Made by a program: the position numbers and the translations under genes
Notes under the pieces: model-generated
What the model saw: the letters and a program-made list of their open reading frames with translations, nothing else
Database searches by the model: none
Told to the model about the DNA's origin: nothing
Part shown: positions 39,941-48,040 of the stretch, one piece after another
How positions within the stretch are numbered: position 1 is the stretch's first letter
Layout of the letters: every line of letters starts with the position of its first letter
From: Bacillota bacterium
Lineage (GTDB): Bacteria > Bacillota > DTU025
Reading direction: 5' to 3'
Length of the DNA: 64,000 bases
Assembly (NCBI GenBank): GCA_050951805.1
Contig: JBMNJT010000003.1
Span: 64,001-128,000, forward strand

Positions 39941-40915
39941 TTACCCCCTCTGGCCACTGGCTGCCTGTGCGACAGAAATGGAATCTATATGCGACTTGAG
40001 GCTTCGCAGCGAAGCCAGGGCAGCTGCCTTGTCCTGGCTCGTCACATCATGGGTGCTGAAGAAAGCTTTCTGATATGCTGCAAGCAGATCCGAAAGGGAT
40101 CTTCGCGGCACTTTGAAGGCCTTCTCGGCGTTGAGAGCGCATTCTTCAGGAGTGTAGTGGGATTCGGCGGGAGCTCCGCCCATCTCCAATGCAGACAGAA
40201 AAGCGAGATAGCACATGAGGACCGCTATCTGGGCATCTGGTTCTTCCTCAATCGCCTCTATGGCGGCGTCTGAAAAGTCAACCATCTCTATGGACAGCAT
40301 GTCCGCCATTGCCAAAGCGTCTGACGCCACAGGTTTCGGGGTGACAGCGGTGCGCTGTGGGCCGATTACGGCGACGCCTATGACTGCGATGAAGGCTATG
40401 GCTGCAAAGATCAGCCCATATTTCCACCAGGGCCACGGGGCCACCTTGGCAGGAACGACTAAAGGAGGTTCAGGCCTCGGGGCATACTCCGACTCAGGTT
40501 CCTCGACGGACTCTGCCGGCGCCTTCTTCTCGCCTCCTTTTGCCTCTGGTCCCGGCGTGGGCTTCTCATGCTCTGTGGGCGGGGTGTATGTAGCGGCCAC
40601 GAATGCGAGCATGACCAAGGCCAGTGATAGGATGCGGACCCAACCGGGGACATGGGTTGGCGCGCGGAAGATTCTCTTGCCGCCGCTCTGCTGCCTTTCG
40701 ATGATGACGAAGGCAAGCACGGTTCCGATGAAAAGGACTGCGAGCGTGGATATGGCGATTACCGTGGCATCCCTAATGCGCTCCGCTAGGCTGGCAATGG
40801 GCTTGATGGGCGCAGAAGACCGAGGCGGGCTTAGAGAGAGGCCTATCATCATCAGTGCCCCGATACACATTACTGCGAGTGTTGCGGGAAAAGCCTTTTG
40901 CATCGATTGAAGCAA
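39941..40915 (-). CDS. DUF4129 domain membrane protein
   Basis: TM segments, Pro/Glu linker, then the DUF4129 pattern CY...TPEE...YQKAFFSTH. Confidence 0.75.
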   Translation of the reverse strand: MLQSMQKAFPATLAVMCIGALMMIGLSLSPPRSSAPIKPIASLAERIRDATVIAISTLAVLFIGTVLAFVIIERQQSGGKRIFRAPTHVPGWVRILSLALVMLAFVAATYTPPTEHEKPTPGPEAKGGEKKAPAESVEEPESEYAPRPEPPLVVPAKVAPWPWWKYGLIFAAIAFIAVIGVAVIGPQRTAVTPKPVASDALAMADMLSIEMVDFSDAAIEAIEEEPDAQIAVLMCYLAFLSALEMGGAPAESHYTPEECALNAEKAFKVPRRSLSDLLAAYQKAFFSTHDVTSQDKAAALASLRSLKSHIDSISVAQAASGQRG

Positions 40916-41101
40916 CTCCGTTCTTTCCCAGGCCCGGCCCAGGGCTACCTGAAATCGCAGGAGATTTGGGCCTTGTGGAACGGGCGGGGGGGCGAGCTTT
41001 TAAGAATTATAACACATAAGAAGCCCTATGGGATTCCCTGGGCGCCATGCAAGTTGATGTTCGGCAAATGCGCAGATGGATAGTGGGGCCAACCTTATGA
41101 T

Positions 41102-41929
41102 TTAGCGGCTAGGGATTGGGGCAATAGGTGGCCTCACGAACTTATGTTGAGCGCTGCGATTTAGCGCCTCCACTCGGTCCCGCACTTCGTCCGAGGCTTC
41201 TCCTGTGAGTATGTAGCGATCCAAGTCGGCATAGGAGATGCCCATTTCGCCTTCGTCTGTCTGGCCGCTCCACAGGCCGGCAGTAGGGGGCTTTTCAATA
41301 ATGCTCTGGGGTACGCCCAGATATGCTGCGAGTTCGCGCACATCGGTCTTGACCAGGTTGCCCAAGGGCAATAGGTCGGACCCGCCGTCTCCATACTTTG
41401 TGAAATAACCTACTGTTAACTCGCTTCTGTTTGTCGTCCCTGCCACCAGATAGCCGAGGACGTTGGCGTAGTAGTAGAGCGCGGTCATCCTCAGACGCGG
41501 CTTGAGGTTTGCCTCAGCCATTCGGACTTTCGAGCTTTCCAGGCGTGAAGCTGACTCGCCGGTTCCATCGGGGAGAGAATCTGCATCTTCTGCATGGAGC
41601 CGCCTTCGATCCTTGGCAGCAACATAAGGATCGAGAAGTCGTTGAAGATTTGCGAGGTGTTCGTCATAGATCGGGCCCAGATCGTAGGTGATCGTAGGCA
41701 GGTTGAAACAGCGGGCCACCAAGTCTGCGTCCTCCACATCCTGTGGATCTGAGTGACATGGCATGATTACGCCAAGGCATCCCTCTGGCATTGCCCTCAT
41801 GCCCAATCCGGCCATTACTGCTGAGTCGAGCCCTCCGGAGAGTCCAAAAACTATTCCGCTGCATCCTGCGCGCAGCGTGTTCTCCTTTAGCCAATCGCAG
41901 ATGACATCTGCTACTGCCTTGCAATCCAT
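41102..41929 (-). CDS. nadE: NH3-dependent NAD+ synthetase
   Basis: GLSGGLDS, NLKPRLRM, GYFTKYGDG and PTAGLW.GQTDE. Confidence 0.95.
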   Translation of the reverse strand: MDCKAVADVICDWLKENTLRAGCSGIVFGLSGGLDSAVMAGLGMRAMPEGCLGVIMPCHSDPQDVEDADLVARCFNLPTITYDLGPIYDEHLANLQRLLDPYVAAKDRRRLHAEDADSLPDGTGESASRLESSKVRMAEANLKPRLRMTALYYYANVLGYLVAGTTNRSELTVGYFTKYGDGGSDLLPLGNLVKTDVRELAAYLGVPQSIIEKPPTAGLWSGQTDEGEMGISYADLDRYILTGEASDEVRDRVEALNRSAQHKFVRPPIAPIPSR

Positions 41930-42257
41930 ACTTCCATCACCTTGCCCGGCGCCTACGCACGCCCATCATAATAGTCTGCTGTGGGCTGATCCACAACAGC
42001 CCACGTAGACATGATAACACATCCCCGGGCCCATGACGCGATATCCGTCCCGCTGCATCCACGCGTGGGCGGGGGAAAAGTGGCAAATGCGGCTCTGGCT
42101 TTCTTGGCATTAGTCCTATGGGCTAGGGTGAGGCTAGCTCCGCATCTTGAACCGCATGTTCCCGTTCCTTTGATCCACGGGACAGAGGAAGGCGCTGAGT
42201 CGAGAACTTTATGGGCAATATGGCATTTGAGATTGGACTCATAGTAGATTGCTGGGA

Positions 42258-42308
42258 TTGACGCGCTCAAAAATTGTGTGTAGAATATTAATAAATGAAC
42301 GATTCGTT
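42258..42308 (+). promoter_or_regulatory. Promoter plus palindromic operator of the TetR operon
   Basis: TTGACG-17 bp-TAGAAT (42258-42286), followed by inverted repeat AACGA-T-TCGTT (42298-42308). Confidence 0.7.
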
Positions 42309-42334
42309 AAATAATTAAGTGGACGGATGGCGGC

Positions 42335-42943
42335 ATGGAGGCTGAATACGTGAAAGAACAAGAACGTAATGATGAAGTTATGAAGGCCGCGTTTGAGGTG
42401 TTCGCAGAATACGGTTACAGGAAAGCGACGCTCGATGATATCGCTCAACGACTGGGATTGACAAAGAGCGCTCTTTACCTGTATTCCGACGGCAAGCGGG
42501 ACCTATATGAGAAATGTGTGGGCCGTGCGCTGATAGAGTGGCAATCATACGTGGCCGATGCGGTAGCGAAGGAAGAGAATGTCTGCAGAAAGTTTGTTGC
42601 ATTATGCCAGTCGTCCTTCGATTGGCTTCTGAACAATCGCGACATGCAAATGATCCTAAGTCGCGACCCCAATGTCTTTCCGCTATTCGGAGAGGATGAT
42701 CCGTACTTCGAGATCAACCAAAAGTCCATCAAAATGCTGGATGACGTGTTAGAGCGCGGAGTGGCTGAAGGACGTTTCAGGCCAATAGACCGGGAGGTTG
42801 TGACGAACCTGCTTTTTTGGATATACAAGATGGTCATAATCGGAACCTGCGTCACCCCGGACGCCGTAGATGTTAGGCGCCTCATCAACGGCGGGCTCGA
42901 TGTGATATTGCACGGAGTGTTTGTGCCCGGTGAATGCGGGTAA
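42335..42943 (+). CDS. TetR/AcrR family transcriptional regulator
   Basis: FAEYGYRKATLDDIAQRLGLTKSALY HTH; GVAEGRFR. Confidence 0.93.
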   Translation: MEAEYVKEQERNDEVMKAAFEVFAEYGYRKATLDDIAQRLGLTKSALYLYSDGKRDLYEKCVGRALIEWQSYVADAVAKEENVCRKFVALCQSSFDWLLNNRDMQMILSRDPNVFPLFGEDDPYFEINQKSIKMLDDVLERGVAEGRFRPIDREVVTNLLFWIYKMVIIGTCVTPDAVDVRRLINGGLDVILHGVFVPGECG

Positions 42944-42991
42944 GAACGGGGAGACGAGGGAATACGCGAGTTGCAAGGGAGGAGGGTCACT

Positions 42992-43393
42992 ATGGAAGAC
43001 AAGCTCAAATATCTCAGCCCTGAGTGGCGTGACGAGGCGTACAGGAGGCTTTCAGCCGAGCTCGACCCGGAGAAGATGAACTATGCAACTACGTCTTTGG
43101 TATCCGTCTATCACAACTGCCCTGACGGAAAGGAACGCTATTTCTTTGTGAGCTGCGCGGATGGGGCTATCGGAGATGTGTCTGTGGGCGAGGGCGAGCC
43201 GCCGGAAGCGGAGTTTTCAATCTCCGGCGACTATGACGTGTTTGCCAAAATGTCCAGGGGCGAGCTGGGAGCTCAGGCTGCCCTAATGAGCGGCAAGCTG
43301 AAACTGAAGGGGAACATGGTTAAAGCCCTCAAATTGTCGTCGCTGGCTGACAGGCTCAATCGCGTAATAGCCACGATTCCCACTCAATTCTAA
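42992..43393 (+). CDS. SCP2 sterol/lipid-binding domain protein
   Basis: YLSPEW start and AALMSGKLKLKGNMVKALKL SCP2 signature; RBS GGAGG. Confidence 0.88.
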   Translation: MEDKLKYLSPEWRDEAYRRLSAELDPEKMNYATTSLVSVYHNCPDGKERYFFVSCADGAIGDVSVGEGEPPEAEFSISGDYDVFAKMSRGELGAQAALMSGKLKLKGNMVKALKLSSLADRLNRVIATIPTQF

Positions 43394-43409
43394 TCGAGGA
43401 GGCGAGATC

Positions 43410-44642
43410 ATGGGAAAGAAGACATGTTGTACAGAGAACGATCCGTTCTTCATCGATTATCCTGGGAGGATCAAGAGCATACAGGAAGCCATGGCCAATG
43501 AGGGCTTTGATGTTTACCTCGGTTCTCGCCTGCGCACCATTTCGTGGACTACTGATGCCTTTTGCCCGTGGCGAAGCTATATCGTGATTCCTAGGGAAGG
43601 GCTGCCAACGCTTTTCACCTTCGTCATCGACGCCTCACGGGTGGCTGATGACACATGGCTTCCGGAGGACAATGTTAGGGGTTATGCTCCCTTAGGCGGG
43701 CAGGATCAGATCACGCAGATTTCCGACTTTATAAAGGATGAACTGAAGATAAGGAAAGGGCGGCTCGCTTACGAGACAGGCCTTTCCAATTACACGCCTG
43801 AGGGCAACCTCAGCCAGTATGAGTATGAGATGTTTACTGCTGCGTTGCCGGGCCTCGAGTTCGTCAATGCCCATATCATTGTAGACAGGCTGTCGCTGAT
43901 CAAAGATGAGGGAACCATCAACCGTTTTCGGGAGGCCTCGCGGTACACCGACGTCGGCCATGAGGCGGTCAGGGAGGCCCTTGTGAACGGGGGCTGGAAG
44001 GGCAAGACCGAGACTGAGATCGCAGGGATCGCGGAGTGTGCAATGAGGAAGGCTGGGAGCGAGTGGGCTTGGTCTTTCACTGCCGGCAACGAGATAGCTT
44101 CAGGGTATCGCACGGGATATGCGGGAGGGGCATGCACGCCTGCGACCCGTAGGGAACTGCAGCCCGGCGATTCCCTCATGGTAGACCTCCACGCCATGTA
44201 CAGGCTGGGTCTTGGGGATTATGCTTATAACTACCTTATAGCTCCTGTTACCGACAGGATGAGGTGGCACGCGCGTAATTACATAGACGTGGTGCAGATG
44301 TGCATCGACAACTACCGGGAGGGGATTACTCCTCTGGGACTGGCCAGTATGGTGATGGAAATGGCGGAGGAACGCGGGTTCACCGATTACGTGGTTCCAG
44401 GGTTTGAACATGGAATCGGGATGATGGGAGACGAGTGGAGGATAGGCTTGAACACCGGGCCTATCAAGTACTGGACGGATCCCAACCATGTGTACCAAGC
44501 CGGGGAAATGCTCATATGCGCGGTGCAATATGCGTGCCCGGAGGAGAAAATTGGGTTCAGGTATGAATGCCCGATTCTCATACACGAAAACTGCTGCGAG
44601 CTGATGGCCAAGTTCCCGCTTGATGTTGAGGAGATAGATTAG
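43410..44642 (+). CDS. M24/creatinase-fold amidohydrolase (Xaa-Pro peptidase-like)
   Basis: Creatinase-N-like domain, LIKD..I, TETEIA, VD, HGIG and G.RYE. Confidence 0.85.
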   Translation: MGKKTCCTENDPFFIDYPGRIKSIQEAMANEGFDVYLGSRLRTISWTTDAFCPWRSYIVIPREGLPTLFTFVIDASRVADDTWLPEDNVRGYAPLGGQDQITQISDFIKDELKIRKGRLAYETGLSNYTPEGNLSQYEYEMFTAALPGLEFVNAHIIVDRLSLIKDEGTINRFREASRYTDVGHEAVREALVNGGWKGKTETEIAGIAECAMRKAGSEWAWSFTAGNEIASGYRTGYAGGACTPATRRELQPGDSLMVDLHAMYRLGLGDYAYNYLIAPVTDRMRWHARNYIDVVQMCIDNYREGITPLGLASMVMEMAEERGFTDYVVPGFEHGIGMMGDEWRIGLNTGPIKYWTDPNHVYQAGEMLICAVQYACPEEKIGFRYECPILIHENCCELMAKFPLDVEEID

Positions 44643-44706
44643 GCCTGAACGGACGCTCGTAGAGGGACTATAGGGCCGAAGAATATCCGTTTGCGAGGAG
44701 GGTCGC

Positions 44707-46119
44707 TTGATGTACGATGTAATCGTTGTCGGCGGGGGAAGCGCAGGCTTGTGGACTGCAAAGACGGCCGCGGAGAACGGATGCAAGGTCTTGCTCATCG
44801 ACAAGAGGGCAAAGGATGACATAGGAAGGAAGATCAGCTACGACTCTACCCCGCCCTATGTTTTCGAACAATTGGGGATCCCGCTTCCGTCAGGTAAGGA
44901 ACTGGATGATACAGGCGATGTGCTTACGGTGATCTCACCTAACAAGAAACACAGGGTCGAGGCGGCTGTTCCAAACGTCCTTTTCAGCCGTCGCCTCCTA
45001 GGACAGAGGCTTGCCGGCTATGCTGCCGACGCCGGTGTGGAGTTCATGTACAGGACTGAGGTTGTGGGCCCTGTGATTGAGGATGGCTATGTGGTCGGCG
45101 TGAGAGCTAGGCATCTCGATTCCTGCGACGAAGAGGAGATTCGCGCGAGGATCGTAGTGGATGCATCGGGGTTCTACGCAGTCATACGGAGGAAGCTTCC
45201 TCCCGAAATCCTCGTTCAGGATCCGCAGTACTGCGAGGATGTGGTCTTGGGATACAGGGAGGTGCGGAGGATAGTAGGGGAATCCAATGACTGTCCGCCG
45301 CCGGAATATCGCGGATATTACGACTATCTGGGGTACCATGGAGGTTACTTGTGGATCGTTCGCGAAGAGAACAACTGGGCCAACATTGGCATAGGCGTTC
45401 AGGATTATCCGGGGAACCCGGGTCCGGTAAGGCCGGTGCAGGAATTCGCCGACGACAATCCCGCCATTGGGCCTGAATGCATGGTCAGGGGGAGTGGCGA
45501 TCCCATGTACATACCGCTTCGCTCTTGCCAACCGCAGCTTTCGGCCAATGGGTTCATGATGGTTGGCGACGCGGCGTGCCAGGTCAGGCCGTCTACGGGA
45601 TATGGTTGGCATACGGGTCTTCTTGCCGGGGATATTGCCGGCAAGGTGGCGGCCGAGGCAGTGAAGAAGCAGGACGTGAGCCGGGAGGCCTTGTGGGATT
45701 ATGATGTTGGGTGGAAACGCGGGCTCGGGGCGATTCTCGCTTCGTTTGATGCGATCCGCATCATGTGCCAGAGCGTTCCCAATGACGAATTGGATTTTCT
45801 ACTTGCCAAGGGGATCCTCGGATCAGAACAGATAGAGGCTTTGTGGAATGACAAGCCGTTTGAGGTGGGAACAGGAAAGCAGGTTTCATCCTTCTTCGCT
45901 GGAATAGGTCATACAGGGCTTCTTTTGAAAGTCAAATCCGTTATCGATTCTGCGGACAAGCTTTACAAGCTCTTTTTGGAGGCGCCTGACTCGCCTGAGG
46001 GCTTTGAAGAATGGAACCGAGAGCGTGTAGAGATATTTACTAATCTCAGGGCCAAACTAGGCGTTAAGGTGCATGAAAAAGATTACTTCGGCGAGGGCAT
46101 GAAACACGAGTTGAAATGA
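44707..46119 (+). CDS. Geranylgeranyl reductase-family FAD oxidoreductase
   Basis: VVGGGSAG, VVDASG, GYLWI...ANIGIG, VGDAACQV.P.TG.G and L..Y...W. Confidence 0.85.
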   Translation: MMYDVIVVGGGSAGLWTAKTAAENGCKVLLIDKRAKDDIGRKISYDSTPPYVFEQLGIPLPSGKELDDTGDVLTVISPNKKHRVEAAVPNVLFSRRLLGQRLAGYAADAGVEFMYRTEVVGPVIEDGYVVGVRARHLDSCDEEEIRARIVVDASGFYAVIRRKLPPEILVQDPQYCEDVVLGYREVRRIVGESNDCPPPEYRGYYDYLGYHGGYLWIVREENNWANIGIGVQDYPGNPGPVRPVQEFADDNPAIGPECMVRGSGDPMYIPLRSCQPQLSANGFMMVGDAACQVRPSTGYGWHTGLLAGDIAGKVAAEAVKKQDVSREALWDYDVGWKRGLGAILASFDAIRIMCQSVPNDELDFLLAKGILGSEQIEALWNDKPFEVGTGKQVSSFFAGIGHTGLLLKVKSVIDSADKLYKLFLEAPDSPEGFEEWNRERVEIFTNLRAKLGVKVHEKDYFGEGMKHELK

Positions 46120-46180
46120 ACAGCAGGTGGAAAGACGCCCGGCAATGCCTGTCAACGGCGTCATGCGAACCTACCTTCGC

Positions 46181-46222
46181 TGGGCAACGCGGCAGGGGAC
46201 ATGCTCTCTGCCGCGTTGCCCA
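46181..46222 (+). terminator. Strong hairpin ending the TetR operon
   Basis: TGGGCAACGCGGCAG...CTGCCGCGTTGCCCA followed by TTATCT. Confidence 0.65.
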
Positions 46223-46293
46223 TTATCTGACGAGGCGGAGCCTTGAGGACGGCGTGCGATAATGGCCCCATACTACGATTGGAGGAGAGACAG

Positions 46294-47310
46294 ATGAAGG
46301 CTCGGCGCAGGATTGTCGGGATGTTAGTTGTCGGGTTAATATTGGTGGCGTTGGCACCTACAACCGTTGCCATTGAGGCTCTTCACTACCGCCTGGTGGG
46401 CGAGGTGAATGGAAAATGGTCTGTGCAGATGGACTTGGTTGTCGATGGCGCGCAGGTGTCAGGGGAGTATTGGTATGATGCATACGGCATTCCGCTCGTG
46501 CTCGACGGGGTGAATAGAGGGGGATCGTTGATCGTTAAGGAAAGAACTGCTGATGGCAAGGTTTCCGGAGAGTGGGCCTTTGATTTCAACCCCTTTGTCA
46601 CCGAGTGGAAAGGAACCTGGACGAGTGCTGACCGGACAAGGAGATATCCCTTCTCCCTTCGGCTTCTGGCGGACATGGTTCAGACTCAGGAGGTCAGAAG
46701 AGGATTCATCCGCGTGTGGTTGGAGCGCCCGTTATTCGCAGAAGCCAAATCTAATAGGAGCATGGCAGTGGTGCAGGAAATAGTAGACAGTCAGCTCTGG
46801 TCCTCAGTTGATGAGGATTTCACGTTTTTTCCCGAGATGTACCCCGACTATTGCAGGGCAGGCATGTACTGGGAACACGTAGACCACGTAACGATCAGGT
46901 ACGCATCGAACAGTATCATCAGCATGATGCATGAGACGTACGGGTATGCTGGAGGCGCCCACGGCATGACGTGGTATACGCCTATCAATTTGCGGCTTTC
47001 GTCTTCCGGCGCGTCAGGATTCGGCCTCGATGACGTGTTCCTCAAGGGCAGCGGTTGGGAGAAGAAGGTCTCAGAGCTGATAATCGCGGACTTGAAGAAG
47101 CAGAAAGCGGGTTGGATAACGCGTGGCGAGGTGACCGAGGTCGGTGTGGACTTGCTCGACAGGTTCACTGTGAGCCCTGCCGGAATCGACTTTTACTTTG
47201 GCCCGTATGAAATGGGGTGCTATGCGGAAGGAAGCTATGTTTCCTTCCTGCCTTGGTCAGCTCTGAAGGGGTTTGTTGATACGTCGGGGCCAGCGGGCTT
47301 TCTAAAATAA
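46294..47310 (+). CDS. Exported DUF3298/DUF4163 (RsiV/PdaC-like) protein
   Basis: Signal peptide, YAGGAHG and F.PYEMGCYAEG; RBS GGAGG. Confidence 0.85.
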   Translation: MKARRRIVGMLVVGLILVALAPTTVAIEALHYRLVGEVNGKWSVQMDLVVDGAQVSGEYWYDAYGIPLVLDGVNRGGSLIVKERTADGKVSGEWAFDFNPFVTEWKGTWTSADRTRRYPFSLRLLADMVQTQEVRRGFIRVWLERPLFAEAKSNRSMAVVQEIVDSQLWSSVDEDFTFFPEMYPDYCRAGMYWEHVDHVTIRYASNSIISMMHETYGYAGGAHGMTWYTPINLRLSSSGASGFGLDDVFLKGSGWEKKVSELIIADLKKQKAGWITRGEVTEVGVDLLDRFTVSPAGIDFYFGPYEMGCYAEGSYVSFLPWSALKGFVDTSGPAGFLK

Positions 47311-47526
47311 AGAAGCGATGGGATGAGGCGTTGTCGTATGCTGGTTTCTTGATGCAGCTTTGCGCCTGTGGAGCTGCTGGTGCGCTTGCCGTAAAATGGA
47401 ATAGTATGGGGTGGCAGACCGTGCTGATCGCGTATGCCTCGGCGAATTGGTGCTGATGGCAGTCGACTTTGACGGTCTTGTTTCATAGATTGGCTGTGAT
47501 GAGGCTGAAGGAGGTGCAATCGTGAC

Positions 47527-47985
47527 ATGATGCCTGAGGAGTTTTTCGAGTTGCTCAGGCCGCACGCTGAAAAGGTTTTCGAGGAGACCGGGATTCCGGT
47601 GGAGATCATGCTGGCTCAGGCTGCTCTCGAGACTGGGTGGCTGAAGAACCCTATCCGCGACAAGTATACGGGAAAAGAGGCGTTCAACCTTTTCAACATA
47701 AAAGGAGAGGGACCTGCGGGTTCGGTTATGGCGAACGATATTGACTACATCAAGGGCAAGAAGGTTCACGTCGAAGCCGAATTCAGGGCCTACAACAGCT
47801 ACGAAGAATCATTTGCCGACTATGCGTCCCTCCTTACGGAGGCGCAACGTTATGCTCCGGCCCTGGCAGTAAGGGATGATCCAGTCGCGTTTGCCTGGGA
47901 GCTCCAGCGCGCGGGCTATGCAACTGATCCCAATTACGCAAACAAGCTCATCTCGATTATGCAGCGTCACATGGGAGTAACATGA
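47527..47985 (+). CDS. Stand-alone GH73 glucosaminidase/muramidase (FlgJ catalytic-like)
   Basis: AQAALETGW, NLFNIK, FRAY and GYATDPNYA. Confidence 0.92.
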   Translation: MMPEEFFELLRPHAEKVFEETGIPVEIMLAQAALETGWLKNPIRDKYTGKEAFNLFNIKGEGPAGSVMANDIDYIKGKKVHVEAEFRAYNSYEESFADYASLLTEAQRYAPALAVRDDPVAFAWELQRAGYATDPNYANKLISIMQRHMGVT

Positions 47986-48040
47986 CCAACAGCAGGCGCG
48001 CAGCAGGGCCACCTGTCGCGCGCCTCGATATCGGGGTTTG

